Positions 10,205 through 20,258 of a stretch of 64,000 nucleotides of DNA are shown here, piece by piece. The first letter of the stretch is position 1. The number at the start of each line of letters is the position of its first letter. The position numbers were made by a program, and so were the translations under genes. The notes beneath the pieces are model-generated. The model did not search any database. It was not told the DNA's origin and worked only from the letters and a program-made list of their open reading frames with translations. This DNA is from a virus, in the IMG/VR virus record IMGVR_UViG_3300007960_010163, positions 14,533-78,532 of that record. The stretch is one strand, 5' to 3'.

Positions 10205-11155
10205 TTACATAATCATTACCATTTGAGAATCAATTATGGTTTCATACCATTTTTTATTTACAGCCTCTACAGAAAAATGCTCTAAGCTAAAATTGAAAGC
10301 GTTATCTATGATAGTTTGACACTCTTTTGGGTGATCATTTGCCCATTCAATTTTTTCAATCAAGTCAGAAAGATCTTTTTTAATAGGAATATAATGAACC
10401 ATAGGTATAAGGTATTCTTCATAGTAAGCTTTGTGAAATCTTTCTTGTAAAAAAGTCAACCTATTGGATTGAAGAAAATATTTTACCCGAGGGCTCCATC
10501 CTGAAGCCTGTAAATCAATAAAGTACTTAAAATTGACAACAGCATCCTCTAGGGATACAAAATTAGGATCATTAGGATTTGGCTTTGCAAATTTAGCGTC
10601 AATCAAATCAGGGCGAGACAAAGAAAGATCAACTAGTGGGCCTCTTAATTTGGGGTATTTAGTTCCCCTCCAAAACATTTTTGAAGATTTTGGGGGTAGT
10701 TTTCCTGCTGAGCGAATTTTTGGAAAATACTTATCGTATTTCATAGCGCACCAGTTCCAGAATGTGAAATCAGGACAACAAATAAAATCAGGATGCCTCT
10801 TTAATTTAGGAGGGCATTCTGGCTCGTCTTTGTCAATATATGATTGAAATAAAATAGGCTCTTTTGATTCATTTATTATACTGTCTAAAGGGGGGACATC
10901 AATAAAATAGATCTTTATAGCTTTAAAATTTGGTAGAGATAAGGAATTGTCGGCTCTTTCAATCTGTTTGATAAAACTTATTGCTTTTGAGTTTTTAGAT
11001 TCAAACTTCCAAGGGGAGTGATCATAATAATGAAAAGCAATCTTTCCCGAAACCTTTTCAATCACAACACGACCAAATCTAAAACGATCCTCCTCGAAAG
11101 GAAGATCGTAAAGATGAGGGTTCCCAATAATTCTAGTTGGTTTAAGATTATCCAC
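10205..11155 (-). CDS. GT90-family (CAP10/POGLUT-like) glycosyltransferase
   Basis: PDFTFWNW, FWRGT, KYFIDLQASGWSPRVKY, LIPMVHYIP and DLIEKIEWA. Confidence 0.88.
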   Translation of the reverse strand: MDNLKPTRIIGNPHLYDLPFEEDRFRFGRVVIEKVSGKIAFHYYDHSPWKFESKNSKAISFIKQIERADNSLSLPNFKAIKIYFIDVPPLDSIINESKEPILFQSYIDKDEPECPPKLKRHPDFICCPDFTFWNWCAMKYDKYFPKIRSAGKLPPKSSKMFWRGTKYPKLRGPLVDLSLSRPDLIDAKFAKPNPNDPNFVSLEDAVVNFKYFIDLQASGWSPRVKYFLQSNRLTFLQERFHKAYYEEYLIPMVHYIPIKKDLSDLIEKIEWANDHPKECQTIIDNAFNFSLEHFSVEAVNKKWYETIIDSQMVMIM

Positions 11156-12869
11156 TTTTACGTTTTAAGTTATTATATTGATTGTCATAAAATTGACTAA
11201 TGCTTTCATCCAAATCTGGAGCTCTAGCCAAAGGGTTTTTTGCCAATGTGATTTCGCGTATCAAAAGCTCAGAAATATGAAGAGCTAACAAGAAAGGCCA
11301 TCTCTCACTAGAAAAGTTTTTAAATTTTGGATTGCCACTATTAATTAACACAGTAAAATCTGAAACGTCATCGACTCTTGACATAACATTTTTTTGATCT
11401 TCTCCAAAATCAATAATTCTATACCTGATTCTTTTGGACTTATCTTTCTTTTTATTAGCAAAACGACGCCAAGGGTTATTACGTGGAGGAGGGGGCGGAG
11501 GAGGGTCTTTTTGATCCTCTTCAGGACTTGGGTCAAAATCATCTTTCCTAAGCATAGCAAAGACAGCCTTTCCTCTCAAGTCTTCTTTTTCGAGGTCAGG
11601 TTTATCTTCATCATCTTCATCATTTTCAGACCCATCCTCATCATCCCACAAATCAGAGAAATCGTCTTCATTAAAATACTCGGCGAGCATTTTAGAAACC
11701 TCAGAAGCTAATGCATCAAGAATATCCATCTTCTCTTCTTCGTTTAATTTAATATACTCTATAATCCATTCAAGGATTACCTCGTAGCAAGCTTTTAAAA
11801 ATGGAAGAGTGATAGGATGATCATCTCTTAAACCGTGATGAGATAAATCTTTCGCAGGCATTCCTGTATTATCAAGAACTTCAGAAAGGTCGTTACAGGA
11901 AATGAATCCAATTAGCTTATTAAAAATATCATGTACTTTACCTTCGTTTTCAAGAGCTTCATCACCTTTAGAGTCAAGCCAAGTTAACACGCTTTTGACC
12001 AGATCAGGATCAGAAAGATGAAGTGGGCAAATTTTAACTTTAGATACGATATCTATATTTTTAAGAGGATGGTTTTTGATTACAGACCTGTCATAAACCA
12101 GAGAAAGTCTAAATTCTACATTTGATTCGCGTTCTTCTCCGTAATAATCGTATTTAAATTTTCGATTAATGATTGGTATGTTAGAGCCCGGAAGCTTATA
12201 TGAAAAATCCAAGCTTTCGCCGTTAACAAGTAATTTAAATTGCTTGCCTTCTTTTTCTAATTGAGGCACAAGAAACCCAAAAAAAGTAGAAAGCTCAGAA
12301 TCAATAGCTTTTTTATTCCATCCAGTTGACTCTATATGGCTTTTTGTGGAATGTATAATTACTTTTGTTCCTGAAGGAGTTTTAATAGAGCAATCTTCAG
12401 CATTTATCTCTTTTAAGGAAGGAGAGTACTCATTTAAAAACTCAGAATCAGATGGGCAATATTCGACAATAAAGCAACGTCCGTGTTTATTTTTAGTTTC
12501 AATAGACCAATGTATATTGGTTTCATTAGAAAGTTTATCATTAGCTAGTTTTCCGCCTATACCCATCTGTCCTAGCCTTACGCCTTGGCCTTCAGTTAAG
12601 TCATAAGAATTGCCAAAAACAAAATACTTATCAAACGCATTCATGCCGCTCTCTGGATCTTTTTCGTGATCAAAACCCTGACCGTCATCAGTAATTATAG
12701 CAGAGCAAGTGCTATCACCAAAAGATTCATGCTTTAACTCAATAGAACAAAAAGTCGCAAAATTTTGAATAGAATTTTTTACCAGCTCAGTAAATGCCTG
12801 AGGGATATTAACGGTAGATTGAAGAAGCCGACTAAGGTTTGCTCCTGTTTTGATTTGTATATTGTCCAT
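11148..12869 (-). CDS. GHKL (MORC/HATPase_c_3-like) ATPase
   Basis: Bergerat motifs ELVKNS, DDGQG, LGQMGIGGKLA and SGTKVII, followed by an S5-like region, an acidic tract and a poly-Pro linker. Confidence 0.85.
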   Translation of the reverse strand: MDNIQIKTGANLSRLLQSTVNIPQAFTELVKNSIQNFATFCSIELKHESFGDSTCSAIITDDGQGFDHEKDPESGMNAFDKYFVFGNSYDLTEGQGVRLGQMGIGGKLANDKLSNETNIHWSIETKNKHGRCFIVEYCPSDSEFLNEYSPSLKEINAEDCSIKTPSGTKVIIHSTKSHIESTGWNKKAIDSELSTFFGFLVPQLEKEGKQFKLLVNGESLDFSYKLPGSNIPIINRKFKYDYYGEERESNVEFRLSLVYDRSVIKNHPLKNIDIVSKVKICPLHLSDPDLVKSVLTWLDSKGDEALENEGKVHDIFNKLIGFISCNDLSEVLDNTGMPAKDLSHHGLRDDHPITLPFLKACYEVILEWIIEYIKLNEEEKMDILDALASEVSKMLAEYFNEDDFSDLWDDEDGSENDEDDEDKPDLEKEDLRGKAVFAMLRKDDFDPSPEEDQKDPPPPPPPRNNPWRRFANKKKDKSKRIRYRIIDFGEDQKNVMSRVDDVSDFTVLINSGNPKFKNFSSERWPFLLALHISELLIREITLAKNPLARAPDLDESISQFYDNQYNNLKRKSG

Positions 12870-12874
12870 GATAA

Positions 12875-13372
12875 TTATATTACACTATATAATAGCTCTG
12901 TCCTGTTCTGTTTTACTAGATTCGCTTTATCTTTCATGAATCCTTTTATGTTTCTACGATTCCGCTTAAAGTCTTTTTCTTTTAATGGATTAATCGCTAT
13001 GCAAAAATGTTTTATTTTATGTTTAGAGCAGTCAATCTTCTGGAGAAATTCAAAGGCATGATCAGGATCTATTATAGATAAAAAATCAATTTCTTTATGA
13101 ATATGCATAAGTGAGCATAAGGGATTTTGTAGAGACCTAATTACTTTATGACCTAAATATTTTTCACCGACAAAAACATTAGAATCCCTTTCCGGATTCC
13201 GGAACGGGCTGATTTCGACACATTTTAAATTCTTCTGAAATTTTGTTTGTCGCAAAAACCAACGATCACTCAGCCATTTACTGGGCGAATTGACAACCTC
13301 GCCACTTGGAAGCTTTATTAAGTTAATAACCTGTTTGCTTGGGTTGTCGATACGTGAAATTAAACTTTCCAT
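12875..13372 (-). CDS. Hypothetical protein
   Basis: 165-aa ORF collinear with the operon; no recognised motif. Confidence 0.6.
   Translation of the reverse strand: MESLISRIDNPSKQVINLIKLPSGEVVNSPSKWLSDRWFLRQTKFQKNLKCVEISPFRNPERDSNVFVGEKYLGHKVIRSLQNPLCSLMHIHKEIDFLSIIDPDHAFEFLQKIDCSKHKIKHFCIAINPLKEKDFKRNRRNIKGFMKDKANLVKQNRTELLYSVI
12881..12885 (-). promoter_or_regulatory. GTGTA motif 11 nt upstream of the ATPase ATG
   Basis: TAGTGTAATATAATTATCATG. Confidence 0.55.
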
Positions 13373-14106
13373 TTTTTCCTATCAATAAATGACTGTTTTT
13401 TATGTTCAGCTTCTTTTCTTGTATTAGGGTGCCAAACATATGTTTCGTCTTCAATTGGGCCGCGCTTAACCAGAGGCTTGCTTAAAGCTAGTAAAGACAA
13501 CTCGTTATAATTATAGTCCTGATCTGCAGTATTATCAATAGTTAATTCGTCTCCAAAATCATGGAGTTTAGAGGAAGGTCGATTGTTTAGCAAAAATTTA
13601 TTGAAATTTTTCTGATCAGACCCTTTAATTTCACGTGTGTTTAAAAAACGATCCAAGTAATCAATTGTTTTATAATTGCTACGAAAAAATATCCAACCCA
13701 TGCAGCATGTGAATCCGAAAGCTTCGCGAACTTCTGGCGGAAATGCTCCACTGTGACGGACAGTCGATACAATAATATCGTGATTATTAGATTCGATTAA
13801 ATCGGGTATTGGATTCTTGAGCCAAAGAGCGTCAGTATCAGAATGAATAATATCATAACCCTCCTCAAGATACTTCTTGAAAATCAATGTTCTGCGCATT
13901 GTATGTTTGCACCCAGAGATCCAATCGTCGTTGAATTCATCTAAGACTCTAGAGTGACAGCCATGAGATTTTAAATACTCATCAGATTCAGGGTCTAAGC
14001 ACAAAACCTCATAGTTATCTATAGATAACTCTTCTAAATGCTTGACCCAGTTCAGGGCAACTTCTCTATAAGGATAGTTGCAAAATGATATAATTTTAAG
14101 ATTCAT
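13360..14106 (-). CDS. GT77-like nucleotide-diphospho-sugar transferase
   Basis: ALNWV, GYDIIHSDTDALWLKNP, CMGWIFFRS and SDQKNFN match the Nucleotid_trans family. Confidence 0.8.
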   Translation of the reverse strand: MNLKIISFCNYPYREVALNWVKHLEELSIDNYEVLCLDPESDEYLKSHGCHSRVLDEFNDDWISGCKHTMRRTLIFKKYLEEGYDIIHSDTDALWLKNPIPDLIESNNHDIIVSTVRHSGAFPPEVREAFGFTCCMGWIFFRSNYKTIDYLDRFLNTREIKGSDQKNFNKFLLNNRPSSKLHDFGDELTIDNTADQDYNYNELSLLALSKPLVKRGPIEDETYVWHPNTRKEAEHKKQSFIDRKKWKV

Positions 14107-14794
14107 TTAAAATAATTGGAGATTTTAATTTGCTATAATGAGTGGTATAGTATTTTTTATGAGAGCTTAAGTTTGGCAACGAAGATGGTTCTAGATCTCC
14201 TGCGTAATTTTTAGGTCTAAAAGTAAATTTATAATCGCCGCTTTCCATCATTGGATGGATTACGGATGTGTACATTAACGGGCCAGTCATTAAGGTTACA
14301 GCAAACTTTCCAATAGCTTTTTGCGATGCTGTATTTATATTATGAATACATTGTTTAATTACAGCTGATAAAAAATCATGATTTGGTACGCATCCAATAA
14401 ATAGATTTTGATATTCGCCATGACCAGTCTTTAATCTAGGCTCCCAGTATGCCTCAGGCCAAGAAGAAACTAGATATTCATCATTATCAGAAACAATTTC
14501 TCGAATAGGCCTTTTGAATCCAGTCTTAAGATCAATATAAATTCCACCGAGTTTATAAAGTAAAAGGTATCTAAAAAAGTCAGATCTTGCTGGGCCGTAC
14601 TCTGGATTGATTTTATGGTAAGCCCGATTTACTTCTTCATCATAATTTGATGATATGAAATCTTCAATATCATTGTCATCATAAAGTATGTATTGATATT
14701 CTGGGTTGTTAGATTTTAATTTGTCAATTAAATTAATTAATTCATTTGGCAAATCCTTTTTAGGAAATGTTTGATGTATGATTTTGGGAATCAC
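14096..14794 (-). CDS. GT32-family (OCH1-like) glycosyltransferase
   Basis: IPKIIHQT, ARSDFFRYLLLYKLGGIYIDL and TGP. Confidence 0.92.
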   Translation of the reverse strand: MIPKIIHQTFPKKDLPNELINLIDKLKSNNPEYQYILYDDNDIEDFISSNYDEEVNRAYHKINPEYGPARSDFFRYLLLYKLGGIYIDLKTGFKRPIREIVSDNDEYLVSSWPEAYWEPRLKTGHGEYQNLFIGCVPNHDFLSAVIKQCIHNINTASQKAIGKFAVTLMTGPLMYTSVIHPMMESGDYKFTFRPKNYAGDLEPSSLPNLSSHKKYYTTHYSKLKSPIILNES

Positions 14795-15411
14795 TTTTTG
14801 ATACTATTGTAAAAGTAATCATCTAAATTATCACACTTTAGTATATCACCTTCGTTTGTTTTTACCCATTTTCTATAAAAAGCCTTAAAGTTAAGCTTTA
14901 GTTCAGGCCCAGACATTTCTCTTAATTGATTATCTATATTATCAACGACACCAGTATCTTTTATGATAGAGAGAAGCCTTTTTGCGCTTGAAAGAGACGT
15001 GATATAACCCTCTCCCCATTGAAAAAGCCTTACTATGTTGATATCATTATCAAGTAGACTCCACTTGTCCGACATTATGTCATTTAAGGAGTCGAAAAAG
15101 CCGGGGAGAAGCTTAGCATCATCCTCAAGAAAAAGAGCGTAAGGAATTTCATTATCTATTTGAAATTTTAAAAACTTAACCTTCGTTATCCAGCAAGCAA
15201 GTGTACCGTAGGTGTTGAAATCATTTTTAGGGCCAATCTTTAGTTTGTGAAACTGCACATCTAGATTAATGAATTCATTGATGGTTTCATCTTTATCATA
15301 GCCATTAACCGATTTTACAATATTGACAAAAGGAAAAAGCTTAGTTGTTTTGTTGACATATACCAGCCTATCTTCAGTTAAGAGTGAAAGAATGTATGTC
15401 TTATATTTCAT
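14791..15411 (-). CDS. GT25-family glycosyltransferase
   Basis: VNG, GTLACWIT, ALFLEDDA, GYITSLSSAKRL and NIDNQL. Confidence 0.75.
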   Translation of the reverse strand: MKYKTYILSLLTEDRLVYVNKTTKLFPFVNIVKSVNGYDKDETINEFINLDVQFHKLKIGPKNDFNTYGTLACWITKVKFLKFQIDNEIPYALFLEDDAKLLPGFFDSLNDIMSDKWSLLDNDINIVRLFQWGEGYITSLSSAKRLLSIIKDTGVVDNIDNQLREMSGPELKLNFKAFYRKWVKTNEGDILKCDNLDDYFYNSIKK

Positions 15412-16039
15412 AGCTAAAAAGATCGAAGTCTTTCTTGTAGTAATTATACACTTTTTCTTTTAGCTCATCGGTCCATTTAAATGGCTGCTTGAATGTTTTC
15501 GAGTTATATGCATGGGGTAATTTTAATTCTGTTACGCCTATGTTAGAGCAAACCTCATTAAATCCTTCATTAAGATTCTCAAACTTTCCTATAAAATCAC
15601 AGGTAAATTCGGGGTTAATTTTATCTGAAAAATAATGACCACCATTTAAATGAGGAAAAAATTCAAACTGAGGCAAAGTATGATATTCATCGTATTCGCT
15701 CCATAAGTTTTCATTGTCTTTGCGGTAATCAAGATCAGTAGTTAGTAATACATATTCTTCGAATGATACCCCGCATTCTTTATTGTAAAAAGGAAGGTTG
15801 CCTTCTTTGGAAAATTTTAGCTCACCCCATTTCCATGCAGAAACAAAACGGTCATAAGGATTGCGAACAAAAGAAAATACATAATAATCCAAATGGTCAT
15901 TTAGAAAATGAGAAAAGCCACGTTTTCTTAAAATTTTCTGAGGTATTTCTGGATCTACTTGCCGCAAGAACCTTTCGACAGATGTGCCTGCCGCTTTGGG
16001 AATGTGCAAAAATATACATTTATTTTTATGAGAGATCAT
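15401..16039 (-). CDS. Sulfotransferase family 2 protein
   Basis: FLHIPKAAGTSV, RNPYDRFVSAW and DFIGKFENL. Confidence 0.9.
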   Translation of the reverse strand: MISHKNKCIFLHIPKAAGTSVERFLRQVDPEIPQKILRKRGFSHFLNDHLDYYVFSFVRNPYDRFVSAWKWGELKFSKEGNLPFYNKECGVSFEEYVLLTTDLDYRKDNENLWSEYDEYHTLPQFEFFPHLNGGHYFSDKINPEFTCDFIGKFENLNEGFNEVCSNIGVTELKLPHAYNSKTFKQPFKWTDELKEKVYNYYKKDFDLFSYEI

Positions 16040-16803
16040 GGAACTTTCTTAAATATAAATTCAAAACCTTTATTGTTTTGGCAAAAAAATTTAAAACAAG
16101 ATTCTTGATTCTTTAAGGGCCTGTCTTGATAAAAACAAAAGTTAGAAGCTACCCAATCTTTTAGAATTTCATCAAGATTAAAATGAAAACTTTCAATAAC
16201 AAACCTCATGTGATCAAGAGTTGAACAAAAAAAGTTGTCACAACCATACTCTTCGTAAAGCGAACAAGTTGAGCTTAATGATTTTTTGCTATGAGAAGAA
16301 GCTATCGTCTTTACGAAATCCAAATGGCTCAATGGTTTTATCCATTTTTCATGCTTCGGGCTTCGGCAAAAATGGTCTAGATTATTGTTAAATATATCAA
16401 ACCTAGTGTTCACCGCAAAATCATAGCCATTTGAAACCTGTGAAATATTTTGATACATTCCAGCCCACATATATTTCCAGCCAATAGTTGGGCATCGGCT
16501 TGTTCCAATTTTTCCTTCTAGGTTTCCATGCAATTCTAATTTAGAATCGTCTAGAACTAATAGACTTTTAATTTTAGACTTAATTGAATCGTCAAAATAC
16601 GAAAGAACTTGCTCGTCATTAACTGAAAGTTTTTCAATTTTTGAGTTCCTCCAAGATTTAAAGGCTTCTTTTTTGTTCCAAGTTTGAATGTATAAATCAA
16701 AATCAATTATATCTTGACATGACAGTAAAAAATTATTAAGCTTACGATTCCTTAGAGAATTTCGAATATGCCCTCTAATTAAAAATGCTACTTTAGGCTT
16801 CAT
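16036..16803 (-). CDS. Hypothetical glycosyltransferase-like protein
   Basis: VAFLIRGHIR, YIQTW and YDFAVNTRFD form a pattern common in polysaccharide-cluster hypotheticals. Confidence 0.5.
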   Translation of the reverse strand: MKPKVAFLIRGHIRNSLRNRKLNNFLLSCQDIIDFDLYIQTWNKKEAFKSWRNSKIEKLSVNDEQVLSYFDDSIKSKIKSLLVLDDSKLELHGNLEGKIGTSRCPTIGWKYMWAGMYQNISQVSNGYDFAVNTRFDIFNNNLDHFCRSPKHEKWIKPLSHLDFVKTIASSHSKKSLSSTCSLYEEYGCDNFFCSTLDHMRFVIESFHFNLDEILKDWVASNFCFYQDRPLKNQESCFKFFCQNNKGFEFIFKKVP

Positions 16804-17798
16804 TCTTTTAATTTAGTCATTACTTGTTTTACTGCCATCCACATATCTAGATATTTATATGTCGCAAGCCTACCAAGAAATATCACATTCTTTTCTGCGC
16901 TTGCGGCTGTTTTGTATTTATCATATATTTCTGTTCCCCCATTAAACGGCTTTGGGTAAATGGGTTCATTTTTGCCTTTTTCATATTCCTCTGGATAATC
17001 TTTGGTTAGTATAGTATATTCTGGTTTTTCATTTAAGTATACAGCGCTATCCATAGTTCTATTAAAGGGTTTTTTATTGCACTCATTTATAACTGCACCT
17101 AGTTCATATGAAAACTTTGTTTCGTCTCTTTTGGTTTTTGTATGCTCAAATCTAAGCGATCTGTAGGGTAAGTGGCCAAATGAGTCATTGAAATATTGAG
17201 ATATCGTTCCTGTCCAAACCATCATATCTCCCTTCAGATTTTTATAGCATTCTTTATCAACTCCAAGATTAACCTTTATGCCATCAAGCATTGAATTAAA
17301 CATTTCGGTATACCCATTTTCAGGTATCCCTTGATATTTGTCTGTAAAGTAGCGATCATCATAGTCAGCTCTCTTATTAGGTACCCTGCGACTTATGCTT
17401 TTAGGCAAATCTGACCAAGGTATTCCCCAGTGTCTTTCTGAGTAATCTACAAATAATAAATCTTTAATTTCTTCTGGAGTCAAGTCCCTGCCTAATTGCT
17501 CTTCTGTTTTTTTACTAAAAGGTATTGATAGTAAACCTTCTTTAGTATTCGCCCTTACCTTATGTTTATAATCATTAAATTTAGTATATCTATTTAGAAA
17601 TTCCCAAACATCTTCATCATTTGTGTGGAATATATGAGATCCATACTTGTGAACAGTTACGCCGTCTTGTTTCTCGTCATAGCAGTTACCTGCTATATGA
17701 TTTCTGGTTTCAAATATTTCTACATCATGCCCCTGTTCTTTCAGTAAAATCGCCGCAGTAACACCTGAGAGACCGCATCCTATAACATTAACTTTCAT
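16800..17798 (-). CDS. glf: UDP-galactopyranose mutase
   Basis: GCGLSG, HIAGNCYD, HKYGSHIFHT, YQGIP, LPYRSL, EPIYP and GRLATYKYLDM. Confidence 0.96.
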   Translation of the reverse strand: MKVNVIGCGLSGVTAAILLKEQGHDVEIFETRNHIAGNCYDEKQDGVTVHKYGSHIFHTNDEDVWEFLNRYTKFNDYKHKVRANTKEGLLSIPFSKKTEEQLGRDLTPEEIKDLLFVDYSERHWGIPWSDLPKSISRRVPNKRADYDDRYFTDKYQGIPENGYTEMFNSMLDGIKVNLGVDKECYKNLKGDMMVWTGTISQYFNDSFGHLPYRSLRFEHTKTKRDETKFSYELGAVINECNKKPFNRTMDSAVYLNEKPEYTILTKDYPEEYEKGKNEPIYPKPFNGGTEIYDKYKTAASAEKNVIFLGRLATYKYLDMWMAVKQVMTKLKE

Positions 17799-18669
17799 TT
17801 TTAAGCCTTATTTTTTCTGATAAGGATAATTCTTTATACATACTGAGTATGTGCTCTTGCTTGGAGAAATTAGATTGAGGACCAAAAGAAAAGTGAGACA
17901 CCAAGGAGTCAAGTTTAATAAAATTGCCCGCCCCAGAGTTACAACTAACAAAAGATTCGTCACTCAAAATCAAATCATTATGCAAATACTTCCTCCATCC
18001 TGCCCCTGTTATTCCAAACATATTAATTGAAAGTCTGGATCCATAAAATTTTAAATCTTCAGAGTTTATTATAAAAGATTTAGGATCTTTTAAAAACAAG
18101 CCATGAATTAAAAAGGCTTTATTTTTGTCTTGAGACCAATTTGAAAGTGGGGTACTTGTGCGTTTGTCACTGGTAAATTGATAATCTACTTTATAATCAA
18201 ACAAATCGTGGACTCCGTATTCTTGTTGCCAGTATGCGCAGACATCGTTGTTTACAATGTTTGGGTATAAAAAATAATCATCACATATTGATTCAATATA
18301 TTTTTCAAAACTGTCAACGTCTATATATACAATGTCATCGTCGCATTTAATTATTTTGTCACAGTCTGATGAATTATCACGATAATAATTATAATAACTA
18401 CTCCATTTTTTTCGAATAGTTTTCCCGTCTTTGTTTTTGAAGAAATATTTTTCTGGAATTTTTAGATGATAATGCTTGTTTTTGAGGCAAGTATTCTTGA
18501 TGTATTCTTTATTTTCAAGATCTATCTTGCCGTTGTTTGGATTTTGGGTATAGTCCCACAAATGAACTTCGTCAATTATATCTAAATCAAGAAGAATATC
18601 TAAATATACAAATAGAATTTCTAAAAATTTTTGACGACCACAGAATACTGTTAATATTTTTTTATGCAT
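17788..18669 (-). CDS. Probable glycosyltransferase
   Basis: FCGRQKF, DEVHLW, IIKCDDDIVYID, NIVNN, SINMF and HFSFGPQ. Confidence 0.6.
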   Translation of the reverse strand: MHKKILTVFCGRQKFLEILFVYLDILLDLDIIDEVHLWDYTQNPNNGKIDLENKEYIKNTCLKNKHYHLKIPEKYFFKNKDGKTIRKKWSSYYNYYRDNSSDCDKIIKCDDDIVYIDVDSFEKYIESICDDYFLYPNIVNNDVCAYWQQEYGVHDLFDYKVDYQFTSDKRTSTPLSNWSQDKNKAFLIHGLFLKDPKSFIINSEDLKFYGSRLSINMFGITGAGWRKYLHNDLILSDESFVSCNSGAGNFIKLDSLVSHFSFGPQSNFSKQEHILSMYKELSLSEKIRLKNES

Positions 18670-19576
18670 TATTTAATAATGTTTTCCAGATTTGATTTAT
18701 GTTTGGTACCGAAAAAGTTGAGCGAGCGAACTTAAGGGCGTTATCTATTATTTGTTTACACTCTTCTTCGTTAGATTTAGCCCATTTAATTTTTTCAATA
18801 ATGTCAGAAAAGTCATATGCTACTGGAATATAATGAACCCATGGTTCAAGGCTTTTTTCAAAAAAGCATTTATGATAATGGCATTGTAAAAATAGTAATC
18901 TACCACTTAATAACAAATACTTTAATCTACCACTAAAACCAAACGCTTGGGTGTCTATTACGTACTTATATTTTTCAAAAGTATCAAAAAGGCTCATTCT
19001 GTGCTGTTGATTTTGACCTCCAACATGATGTGCATCAATATAGTCTGGGTATTTTTTAGTTAATTTACAAAGGTTTTTTCTACTTTCTATCCTAGCCGCG
19101 CCTCTCCAGCAAATTTTAGGAATTGCATCGTCTTGCAGTTTTAAATCTAAAAGGTCATCATACATTTTAGCATGATTAAAACTTAACCAGTTAGAAAAAT
19201 TAAAGTCGGGACAACAAATCAAGTCTTTATGATACTGCTCCCTTTTAAAAGTGTTTGGATAACATTCAACTTCTTTATCAATATAGCATTGCGACAGAAC
19301 GGGTTCTGAGCTACATTCAACCATGCTATAGCCGGGGTTATTGTCTGTTGTGTACAACCTTACATAGCTAAAGTCATTAAACATAACATCTTTGTCAGCC
19401 CTTTCAATTTGAGAAATAAAAGCATGTGGCCTGTGATCTCCGCCATATGTATGAAATTCTAATTTACCATCTTGTTTTCTAAAAACTAATCTAGTATTCC
19501 TAAACTTCTGCCCCCAAGAAGTTTCAGGGCATTCTGACTGATTATCAAAAATTTTAGGGTCACCTATTTTTTTCAT
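18662..19576 (-). CDS. GT90-family glycosyltransferase (paralog of 10205..11155)
   Basis: CCPDFNFSNW, CWRGA, KYVIDTQAFGFSGRLKYLL and LEPWVHYIPV. Confidence 0.88.
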   Translation of the reverse strand: MKKIGDPKIFDNQSECPETSWGQKFRNTRLVFRKQDGKLEFHTYGGDHRPHAFISQIERADKDVMFNDFSYVRLYTTDNNPGYSMVECSSEPVLSQCYIDKEVECYPNTFKREQYHKDLICCPDFNFSNWLSFNHAKMYDDLLDLKLQDDAIPKICWRGAARIESRKNLCKLTKKYPDYIDAHHVGGQNQQHRMSLFDTFEKYKYVIDTQAFGFSGRLKYLLLSGRLLFLQCHYHKCFFEKSLEPWVHYIPVAYDFSDIIEKIKWAKSNEEECKQIIDNALKFARSTFSVPNINQIWKTLLNNA

Positions 19577-20255
19577 AAATTAACTCCATTTCCTTGTCGC
19601 ATGCGCTTAAGACTTCTTCAGTTATATAACTAACCTTCGTGTCAGTCCATTTATTTTCGTTTCCTTGAAAAAACCCTATTCTGTTTTGTTTGACAAAAAT
19701 GACATCCCATGGAGAATGAGGCTTATTCCACCATTTTATTTTAGTTAAATTAGTTCTCTTGCCTAAAGCGTGAAAACCAAACTCAATATCAACTGCATCT
19801 TTATATGTAATCATAACCTTATCTTTTATAAAGTTATAAAACTTTTCAGCATGATGGTGAGTCATGAAATTAAAATAACCTAGATTATCTATCGTTCCGC
19901 AAACATCAAAACCTTGATCTATTTTAGTGGTAAATGGACTTTCCCACTCTGGACCTCTAAAATACGGACCTTTACAACTGTCATTCATAATTATGAAATA
20001 ATCAAAATCATCGAATGAATTTATTCTAGATAAGTTGTCAAAATGGCTTTTCATACAAAAGCCTACATTCTCCGAAGGTCTAAAAACTTTAACGTTTTGG
20101 TTGGCAGAAACATCTACTGAGAAAGTTTCTGATTTGCAGTCGATGGAAAGGTAATGGTTTTCCTTTAAGCCATGCTTAATAAAAAACTCTAAATTTTTCT
20201 TAGTATTCTTTTTTTCAAAATAAGAATAGCTTATAAAGATATTGCAGCTTTTCAT
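19560..20255 (-). CDS. Hypothetical glycan-related protein (weak similarity to rhamnan-synthesis proteins)
   Basis: YSYFE, NLEFFIKHG, ENVGF and FIIMNDSCKGP. Confidence 0.45.
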   Translation of the reverse strand: MKSCNIFISYSYFEKKNTKKNLEFFIKHGLKENHYLSIDCKSETFSVDVSANQNVKVFRPSENVGFCMKSHFDNLSRINSFDDFDYFIIMNDSCKGPYFRGPEWESPFTTKIDQGFDVCGTIDNLGYFNFMTHHHAEKFYNFIKDKVMITYKDAVDIEFGFHALGKRTNLTKIKWWNKPHSPWDVIFVKQNRIGFFQGNENKWTDTKVSYITEEVLSACDKEMELIYEKNR

Positions 20256-20258
20256 AAA

